A stretch of 63,817 bases of DNA, filler included, from Octopus bimaculoides (lineage: Eukaryota), in the NCBI RefSeq assembly GCF_001194135.2. It is 7 parts of 6 records of this genome, joined end to end, with 100 filler letters (N's around TTAATTAATTAA, not from the genome) between each part and the next. Parts side by side here need not be neighbours in the genome. Positions count along the whole stretch, not along the records: positions 51,850 to 58,817 come from NC_068985.1; positions 58,918 to 61,724 come from NC_068989.1; positions 61,825 to 63,817 come from NC_068995.1; 4 more parts are not named here. One strand, 5' to 3'. Every line of letters begins with the position of its first letter. Positions within the stretch are counted from its first letter, which is position 1. Positions 53,942-63,817 of this stretch are shown one piece after another. The notes under the pieces are model-generated. The model saw only the letters and a list, made by a program, of their open reading frames with translations. It had not been told where the DNA came from and made no database searches. The position numbers and the translations under genes were made by a program.

Positions 53942-55964
53942 TATTAGAAATTGATCAAATTAAAACTCTTTTCGAGAAAAAATCCTGAAGACCTCAATCT
54001 TATACCAATATGAATACAGAATCTAATTTGAAATCTAGATAACAAGTAAAACAGAGCAAACATTACCAAAATACCTAATATAATGTAATGTTTTCGTTTA
54101 AGCGATTCAACTTTTTTGTAATATTATGTATTTTTAGTTAAATTTAGAAATTTACATTAGTGAAAAAAATGTGTTCAGATATCTGTGATGCTAAATACAG
54201 AGGAGTAAATTAATGAAGCATTTCTACTCACGCTGATATGCGGTATTGTGTGCGCCTGTACAAAGAAATAAAAACAAAATGTAAATTTGGATGAAACAGG
54301 TCTTTTTCTCTGTTAACTAGTTGCAAGCATATATAAAAAAAAACAAAGTCTCCACTGGCTCAATTAAATAAGTTCCACTAATACATTGGAGTCAGTTGGA
54401 TTTTCTATAGTACTACTCTGTAAAAACTGGTCTTAAGCTTCATCAAAATTGCATTACTATTACAACTCGGAAAATAAAAAGAGAAACACAAGCAAAATTC
54501 CAAGCTACAAAGTTAAAATAAAATAATTTGTTTTATAGACGAATTGAAGTGGTTTGTGAAAGAAAGAAATCATATAGTATTGCTGTTTGAAACAATTCAA
54601 ATTTGAATATACTTATGTAGTATGAGATATACTTACCTATAGGAGGTGATAATTGCTGTTGTACTACAATGGAAGAGAAATACATTGAAAATTGAAAAAA
54701 AGGGTCTCAAAATAGCATTTATAGTATAAAATAACAGAATTTAAGGAAAAAATATGCCAGCAGAAGTATCAATTTTAGAGAAAGCAGTTTTATCTCTTCT
54801 AAACAATTTCCTAAGTATAACAGTTTCTTCTTTATTTTGGGTAAAGAGCATGATAAATACTAAGACAGAAAATGCTTGCTGCATCAGTCTGAAATTCAAC
54901 CAATGTAGTATAATATAAAAATTGTCGGAATAAATTACGTAATTAGTCATTGCTCTATATTATAACACGTACACTTTAATTATATTTTTAGCAGGAATGT
55001 TTAGTAATCGAACCCGGATCAATATATCCAATGCAAAACCACAACTCAAGAATCCGGTCGCGATTTGCTAGAATAAACCATGCAAGGCTTCGTGTGGAAC
55101 CAGATCTATCAACATAGAAAATTTAGTATCAAACGTGCAGATCTGCATGATTAATCTGAAGTAGTAATGCTCAATTTTGTAGATTAATCATACAGATCTT
55201 CACGTTTGATACCTAGCTGTAGAGTATAACAATAATGGATGAATTTAGGCATTATGGAAAGTAATTTTCAACAAGACGTCCATGAAAGTAGATTAAAATG
55301 GTATGGATGATGAAATTACCTTCTTCAAAAAGTTCCTCTTTAACTTTGGATTTGGTGACGACCATTGATGTTAATGGAGTTACGAAATTATACTGTGAAA
55401 AACAAGAATATTAGTTTTTAGTATAACAGAAATATTCATTTCAAATTTCGTCACAAAGCCAACACATTCACAGGAGTGGGTCAACCTCTGGAGAATGAAA
55501 GGCAAAGTCGATCTCGGTGGAATTTGAAGTTAGAATGTAAGGACGAACGAAATGCTAACGATTATACCAGCTTGCCGCCCAGGTGTTAGAGAAGAAATAT
55601 TAAAAAACAAAATAATACGAGAAAATAACTGATGTAGTTTAAACTTACTGTCACCTGCATTACATTTCTTAAGTTTTCATCACTTGTACATTTTAGATTG
55701 CAACATATTAGCTTTAAGAGTTGTGAAGCCATCTAGAGGTGTAGAGTACTTACTAGATAAAATGTAACATTACTTATTCTCATTCATATTTATTCTAAAT
55801 TCATTTCTTACGATGTCTAAGTACGCCTCTTGTTTTTCTGAGGATCTTTATATAATAATAACCGAAATAAATGTTGGTGGAATAGTCGGTTGGATGATTT
55901 GTCTAGTCACGTTTTACAGCATATACAGATAGGTAAATAGATAGACAGATAGAAAGCGAGAGAA

Positions 55965-56052
<88 letters not shown>

Positions 56053-56188
56053 AAGACAGATGCAAGGAAAGTTAACATAAGAGGTGCTGGATGAATGCAC
56101 GTACTAGACTTAATGGCAAATAATGGTAAGTGAACATACAATCAATGAAAGGGAAAGATCCAAAGACCAAGGAGGAAGAGAGATTATA

Positions 56189-56397
56189 CAAGACAGTCGG
56201 CGGAAAAATTCATAGGGCAACATAGATACTCTCATGGAATGTGGCCAAATGAATTTTATTCTTTAACATAGTCTCCCTTGCGATCTACACACTTCTTCCA
56301 TCGGTATTGCAATGCTCGAATCCCGTTGGTGAAGAAAATTTCGTCCTATATTAGTAAATAAAAAGTCATTAACAGTAGCTACAACGTCATCATCTCC
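56189..56397 (-). mobile_element. Mariner 3' end with TIR
   Basis: Minus strand DDDVVATVNDFL...FFTNGIRALQYRWKKCVDRKGDYVKE*; TIR-like end and TA at 56187-56188. Confidence 0.8.
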
Positions 56398-56409
56398 GCG
56401 ATACAAGTA

Positions 56410-56990
56410 TAAATTGTCGAAGGTTCTGCTTGCATTGGCTAGTATGTTGTCACTTTCCCTGTCAATTTTGGCATCTGACAAGAGGGTACACGATGTGTAG
56501 GTGAACTTGTTGACAGTCTTTAATTTACTCGCCACGATGGTGATGTGAAATATGATGTGGGTTGATAAAGAACATTCAGTTTCTTTAAACTGATTTCTTG
56601 TCTAAGGTGTCGGGCAGCATTTTTGAAAAGCATAAAATAATGCATTGCAAAGCTGTCTTTCTGAGAGTAACAAGCACAGCTTTGTCTGCGAGAAGTAGCG
56701 TACGGATGGATTGTTCTAACGTTTTAGTGAACCTACAGTCGTCTCTGATAAAGATGTTCTCTTAGACGTTAGGGTCTTCAGTGGCCTGCTCATGCGTCAT
56801 GCTAAAGAAAATATTGAAACGGGTCGCCGCGAGTACACAACTTTGCTTCACACTTTTGTCAATGTAAAAGGACTCGGAGAAGCCATTTCTGTACTTGACC
56901 CTTCGCTGAGGGTTTTCATACAGCTGGGTGACCATGCTGATGATTTTCAAGATGTTTCAGGGTTCACCACACGACTTTTCTGCTCACAGG
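56410..56990 (-). mobile_element. RTE (BovB-like) reverse-transcriptase relic
   Basis: KIISMVTQLYE...FSESFYIDKSVKQSCVLAATRFNIFFSM...QATED; LKTVNKFTY...DAKIDRESDNILANASRTF. Confidence 0.8.
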
Positions 56991-57544
56991 GTTGAATGAT
57001 CTGGAGAAGACGAAAAAAGGTGATGTAAATACCTTCATTCTCCTTTCTACACTTATCTTAGAGCTGTCTAAGAACGAAAGCCATGTCGGAGGTGCTCTTT
57101 TTGCTTTGAAATCCCTTCACATCTCTCATCATCTCTCACCTTCTCTCTACCGTCCTTGTAATCTCTAGCGGCAAAAGAAAACGAGATGCTCAGCTTATAG
57201 AAATCCACCGAGGGACACCCTGTCAATGATTTAACCTACGACGGGGAGCCATGTAATCGTTTTGTAGCTGCAACCCCGTTTCACCCTTTGTTCTTGTACA
57301 GGGTGATGGTGAGAGGATTGTGGAAATCTTGTGATAACTTGCCCTGCACTCAACAGCAAACGACAAGCTCCCGGAGTCTAGAATTCAGGGCTGCGCCACC
57401 AGCATTCCGTGATTCAGGTGCGATTACTTTTACTCCTGCTGCCTTTACACTTTTCAGTTTCTCTATGGATTTAGTTGAATCGGATACTCTGACTCTGTCT
57501 CTCTCCCACTCACTATCTATGTATGTGTGTGTGTGTGTATACAC

Positions 57545-57954
57545 GCAGATAGCCGACAACTGATGAAGGGTCGTTCTGTATGTTACTTGTCCTGTTTTCC
57601 ATTTGTTTCTCTCGTTGTTTGCGTATCGAACTCATTTGTTTTCGTATTTCATGTTGTCTAATTTTGGTGACGTCCTGTACACATATATGCATATATATAT
57701 ATATAGATATATATTTAAGAATTTAAGGATTGGAGAAAACGCATGTTATAATTGCATACTTTATTCCTACATATGTTTCAAAGGATTACAACCTGTGTGA
57801 TCCATAGGGATCTTTGATATTAAAATTGTAACCTTCTCATCAGGGAAAGCATGGGAATCATCTTAAACGTAATCATCTTAAACGTAAGACATTATGACCG
57901 ATTTTCATAATCGGTCATAATGTCTTACGTTTAAGATGATTCCCATGCTTTCCC
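57545..57954. mobile_element. Probable Penelope-like terminal remnant with a fold-back end
   Basis: CTGATGAAGG at about 57561 (+) and CTGATGAGAAGG at about 57832-57843 (-), neither with a complete hammerhead 3' half; hairpin at 57843-57954. Confidence 0.35.
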
Positions 57955-58423
57955 NNNNNNNNNNNNNNNNNNNNNNNNNNNNNNNNNNNNNNNNNNNNNN
58001 NNNNNNNNNNNNNNNNNNNNNNNNNNNNNNNNNNNNNNNNNNNNNNNNNNNNNNNNNNNNNNNNNNNNNNNNNNNNNNNNNNNNNNNNNNNNNNNNNNNN
58101 NNNNNNNNNNNNNNNNNNNNNNNNNNNNNNNNNNNNNNNNNNNNNNNNNNNNNNNNNNNNNNNNNNNNNNNNNNNNNNNNNNNNNNNNNNNNNNNNNNNN
58201 NNNNNNNNNNNNNNNNNNNNNNNNNNNNNNNNNNNNNNNNNNNNNNNNNNNNNNNNNNNNNNNNNNNNNNNNNNNNNNNNNNNNNNNNNNNNNNNNNNNN
58301 NNNNNNNNNNNNNNNNNNNNNNNNNNNNNNNNNNNNNNNNNNNNNNNNNNNNNNNNNNNNNNNNNNNNNNNNNNNNNNNNNNNNNNNNNNNNNNNNNNNN
58401 NNNNNNNNNNNNNNNNNNNNNNN

Positions 58424-58489
<66 letters not shown>

Positions 58490-58754
58490 CTATATATTAG
58501 AAAAACAATAAGGTACTCAGGTATCTGGATGGTTGTACATTTGTAGATTTTCATTGATGTCACATGTTTTTATAAATTAGCGCTTGCATATATTCTTGTA
58601 GATTCTTCACAATCTGGAGAATATACAAGAATAGATGCAAGCGCTAATTTATACAAAACGTGACGGGATTACTGTAATCTATCACTTATAACAGCCTCTT
58701 GTAAAAAGGCTCAAACCTTCTGGAATGTACCCCGCACACACACGCACGCACACA

Positions 58755-58798
<44 letters not shown>

Positions 58799-58917
58799 TA
58801 TATATATATATATATATNNNNNNNNNNNNNNNNNNNNNNNNNNNNNNNNNNNNNNNNNNNNTTAATTAATTAANNNNNNNNNNNNNNNNNNNNNNNNNNN
58901 NNNNNNNNNNNNNNNNN

Positions 58918-58968
<51 letters not shown>

Positions 58969-59987
58969 TTGTGTGTGTGTGTGCGTGCGTGTGTGTGCGT
59001 GTGTGTGTGTGCGTGTGCACAAAATGTTACACATATAGAATAAGATAGCTGTATCTTTCTACACTGGAATAGATAATGATATATCATACTGGTGTTAACT
59101 CACTCAAACCTCATATTATTCTCCCCCTCTGTGTTGGCCCCTTGTGGGTAATAAAAAAAATCTCAAACCTCATATTATTCATGTTGTAATAAAGATCTTG
59201 ACAAAGATTCAAATTCAAATATGAGTGGGTTTGTAACAAAATGGTTTTTAACATTTTTATAATTATAATTCTAATGAAATGTTTTTGTGTTTCAATTAAT
59301 TTTGAAAATAATCCAGAATTAAGATAACTGATCTCAATGTTAACGGTTACTTACTGAGTAGCATATCTTCTGCTACTTCTTTAATTTTTCTAATGTAAAT
59401 ATAATTTCTGCTTTTAATGTGAAATAAAAGTTCTGTTAAAGTCTATTAACTGCAAATTCTAGGTGTTCATACTCTCTTTATTAATCCACTATGGCCTGGC
59501 TGTGGAGCCAGTAGTTGATACCCTTTTATTCATATAAACACAATATTTTCAGGTTCAGTTTATATAGTTTTAAATAGATGTTAGATAGATATTTCGAGAT
59601 ATGGTTTACTAATAATGCAAGGTGAAAGAACACGGAGTAATTGAGTTACAGTGCATTAAAATATGTAGCTTTTATTTGACCTTTCAGGATTATGTGTTTT
59701 ATGTGCTTCCATAAATTATGCACATCCATAGATATAACACAGAACAAATCAGCCAGAGAGCCTCTAGCCTCCAAGTGGACACAACATGCTGCTAGAAATA
59801 ACAGCTAAGCTGACTGGAACATAACAAATTACTTTTCTTCATCTATAATTCCATTCGCATCTGGGATGTGTTATAAAAATATTAAATCAACTCCACTTTA
59901 TATTACCAACCCCAGAAGGTTGAAAGCAAAGTTTACCTCAGCCAAATTTGAAGACAAGACATAAAAATCCATAACTAAATACTGCAG

Positions 59988-60056
59988 GAATTTTATTGGT
60001 TCTGCTATTCTGTTACCCGAGAATTTTATCGGTTCTGCTATTCTGTTACCCGAGAA
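59988..60056. repeat. 33-bp tandem duplication
   Basis: GAATTTTAT(T/C)GGTTCTGCTATTCTGTTACCCGA twice, then GAA. Confidence 0.9.
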
Positions 60057-60367
60057 AAACAGGTCAAGCTTTTGCTTGTTTCACTGTTACATGAAAGTGG
60101 GAGCCTTCCTTAGGACCCAGACAAACTCCTTACTGAAGTAAGGCATATTCCATCTGAGACCAAATAATGACATAGCATACGATTCACATTTAAAATTCTA
60201 ACATTGTTTCTCTTACCGAAATTATTTCTACTGTAGGACGATTAATACTTATCTATTAATATTTTTTTGATATTGATTTTATTTTGTTGCACACTTTATT
60301 AATATTAAGATTGATCAAGTCAAATTATTATTATTTTTTTATTCTTTTATCAACATCATCATCATCA

Positions 60368-60419
<52 letters not shown>

Positions 60420-60728
60420 GATTATTATTATTATTATTATTACTATTGCTACTACTATTATTATTTTTTGTAGTTTTGAGATATGAAAGTGACAAAGACA
60501 AATGTAACATTACCCAGTTATTATGAAGTTAACAACAAAAAAAAATGGTGCTACAATCATAAAATAAAATCATGAATACAAATATATATACATATATATA
60601 TACATGCATACATAGATATAGAATTAGAGGGAGATATAGATATATAGATAAAGATATACACATAATGTATATATATTATTTTACTACTATAAGCCTGTTT
60701 GTTATGACTATGTGGAGACATTATCTAG

Positions 60729-60764
<36 letters not shown>

Positions 60765-60852
60765 GTATAATGTGTATGTGTGTATCATCATCATCATCAT
60801 TATTTAATACATTATTTACATTGGACAGATATGTGTCCTCCTCTTGTTCATT

Positions 60853-60898
60853 GTTACCACGTTTCGGCTGATTTACTCTCCAGCCTTCATCAGGTATC
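60853..60898 (-). ncRNA. Minimal type I hammerhead ribozyme motif (Penelope-type)
   Basis: Minus strand GATAC-CTGATGA-A-GGCTG-gagagtaaat-CAGCC-GAAAC-GT-G-GTAAC. Confidence 0.6.
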
Positions 60899-61029
60899 CT
60901 GGTAGAATTTTGAACCCAACCCTGGAAACTGGAAAATTGGCTCTATGCGTTTTCAGGAGTAATGTGGACTAGCCATAACCGCCATTGTCATTTATATAAT
61001 CAAATATATTTCTCTTCCAGTATTTCAGA

Positions 61030-61222
61030 GTTATATGCCAGGCAAAATGCTGAGCAGCATTTTATCTGTCTTTACATTCTGAATTCAAGTTCTGCTGAGG
61101 TTGACTTCACTTTTCATCCTTTTGAGGTCGATAAAATAAGTACCAGTTGAATACTGGGTCGATGTAATCAACTTACCCACCTTCCCGGATTTGCTGGCCT
61201 TGTGCCAAAATTTGAAACCAAT
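61030..61222 (+). mobile_element. Meta-domain-like SINE
   Basis: GAGGTTGACTTCACTTTTCATCCTTTTGAGGTCGATAAAATAAGTACCAG...GGCCTTGTGCCAAAATTTGAAACCAAT. Confidence 0.8.
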
Positions 61223-61557
61223 ATTTTAGAGTTATTAGTGAGTTGGATCAAATGACTTGTTTCAGTTCTTTAGATTCTGAATTCAAACTCTGCTTGAGGT
61301 CCATTTTTTATTTCATCTCTATGAGGGTTGTCGGATAAAACTACCAGTCTAGGACATTGTATTGGCATTATTGTAAAAGCATCAAGTCCTGTGGTCCCTG
61401 TTTTTACAAATACCACCAACACCAACACCACGACATCCATCATCATACCTACTACCCCCCACCATGAATCCACTACCTCCACCGTAACCATCTTCATTGT
61501 CATCATCCTCATTGTGCAACTGCAACTGTAATGATGACAATGACAATGATGATAATG

Positions 61558-61626
<69 letters not shown>
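61558..61626. repeat. (CTA)n microsatellite
   Basis: Read directly; source of the poly-Y ORF. Confidence 0.95.
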
Positions 61627-62709
61627 GTAGTTGCAATGATTTGTTAGGTATGAAGCATCATAAATACCAACACAAAAACAAGAAGCAAGCAGATTTCATA
61701 CATGCATATCATGCCTATATATATNNNNNNNNNNNNNNNNNNNNNNNNNNNNNNNNNNNNNNNNNNNNTTAATTAATTAANNNNNNNNNNNNNNNNNNNN
61801 NNNNNNNNNNNNNNNNNNNNNNNNGTATTATTGCTATGAGTATGTATGTGTGTGTGTGTGTGTGTATGTTATGTATGAGAGATAGATGGAACGAATGAGA
61901 GAAGAAATAATGATTGAGATTTTCGGAGAAGGATGGTGGGGGTATAGAAAGGGAGGGGGAGGAAGAGGAGGAGGAGGTAGATGAGGAAGAGTAGGAGGAA
62001 GAAGATGAAGAGGAGGATGAGAAATGAGACTGAAGATGAAGTGTGGAAGAAGATATAAATCTTAGGGAATTAATAACGTGTATCTTACGTAATTGCGGTC
62101 AGGGGTTAACGTAAGTTTGGCAAAGGTTAATGACATCATGTGTGATGTGGATCTTGGATTTATAGAATCTGTTGTGTGCTTAGAGAAACACGTAACTATC
62201 GTGCAAATTACTACCTACACACCAACCTATCTAACTGCCTTCATATATTCTTCCTACCTACCTACCTACCTACCTACCTTCCTACGCACTTACCTAGCTT
62301 CGAACCCGCACCTACCTACTTACCTCTCTGCTTTTGTAGCACCCCACCAACGAATTTGTATCTATACATAACTTTGCACACACCTACCTATCTTCTGGCC
62401 CAGCTAGCCTATCTAACTTTATACCTGCCCACCTAGGAATTACTTGGTGGGCAGGTATAAAGTTAGATTCGTAGTTAATTACATACATATATAAGTAGCT
62501 TAATTAAGCAGACAGACAGGTAGGTATAAAGCTAGTTATAAAAGTAATTCATATATATATCAGCAAACAACCCTACCTACATGCCTATTTGATATCACTA
62601 CAGTCTACTTAACAATATGTATATATATGTATATATATGTATATATATGTATATATATATATATATATATATTGTATATATTATTTGCAAGTACATATAT
62701 GTGTGTGTA

Positions 62710-62746
<37 letters not shown>

Positions 62747-63817
62747 NNNNNNNNNNNNNNNNNNNNNNNNNNNNNNNNNNNNNNNNNNNNNNNNNNNNNN
62801 NNNNNNNNNNNNNNNNNNNNNNNNNNNNNNNNNNNNNNNNNNNNNNNNNNNNNNNNNNNNNNNNNNNTGTGTGTGTGTGTGTGTGTGTGCGTGCGTGCGT
62901 GTGTGTGCGTGCGTGTGTGTGTGTGTGTGTGCTTGTATGTGGGTATGTGTGTGTCTGAAAACACAGACATCAACGGTGGCGACGATAATAAAGATGGTTA
63001 TTATGATAACGATTTAAACTCTGTTGAAACGGGGCCGACCTGAGGTTGTAGAATATTAACAGCAGCAGCAGCAGCAACAACAACAACAACAACAACAGCA
63101 ACAGCAACAATACAAAATGAGAAAATATTTAGTAAATTCCACCAGCCATGACTATAACAACAAAAACAAATTAGAATCCTTTCACGATTTGAACCTAAAC
63201 ACACCCCCACCAAAATCCAACACGGAATAAATAATAAAACCATCTATAAGCTAATTATCGATTATGTTTTCATAAACCCTCTAAAATCCATTACTTTACC
63301 CTCTGTACATTATCTCGATCACCTAAACAGATATATGACCAGACCACCCCGCTGACGATTGTCGTTGCTGTTGATCTTCTTCGAGGCAGATCAGAGCTAA
63401 ATGCGGTTCAGAAAAAAAAAAAAAAGAAAAATGGCTTCCATCAATGGTATTGACACTTTACAAACGGAACGATATACAAAGGTGTAATATATCCATTTGT
63501 AACTGAAATATTTAGAGTGTGAAACATAGCGTTAATTATAAAGCCACCGGCAGATGTTTTTACTGGATCTAGACACCGTCGTGTATATACTGTACGTGTG
63601 GGGGGAGGGGTAACAGAGGTGTTTATATGGTGGGTGAGGGTAGGGGCTGTTCAATCAAGAATGATACCACTGATGTCACGCCGGTTGTCCATTTGGCTGT
63701 TGGTTAATAATCTGATTTAGAAATGATTATTATTTCACCCTGTATCTATACAGATGTCTGTGGATAATTATGGCTATGAGTGACTGTACGCGCGCTTAAT
63801 TATATATATATATATAT

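Noticed and set aside
37251-56397. Mariner 5' part (+) and 3' part (-) as one element split by an inversion
   Set aside because: Their TIRs differ noticeably, the family is abundant, and there is no shared breakpoint evidence.
59988-60056. 33-bp direct repeats as CRISPR-like
   Set aside because: Two abutting copies with no spacer, in a eukaryotic context.

Overview
AT-rich, microsatellite-saturated, gap-ridden eukaryotic draft scaffold. The SINE and LINE repertoire and the (CA)n/(TA)n/(CATA)n/(CTAT)n load point to an octopod cephalopod, probably Octopus (inference, not a database match). I found no intact host protein-coding gene, rRNA, true tRNA or CRISPR array. Nearly all entries in the ORF track are artefacts of microsatellites or N-runs. 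The window is mostly transposon debris: R4/Dong-clade RLE retrotransposon relics (two forming an inverted duplicated locus about 19 kb apart), RTE and L1/Tx1 LINE fragments, four Tc1/mariner pieces plus a Tigger/pogo, many tRNA-derived SINEs, and a young fold-back MITE with an inverted telomeric core. Several Penelope-type hammerhead-ribozyme motifs with self-complementary helix III and several near-perfect hairpins are also present. There are two weak host exon candidates in a CpG-depleted block at about 1.7-8.9 kb. All alignments and counts were done by eye.
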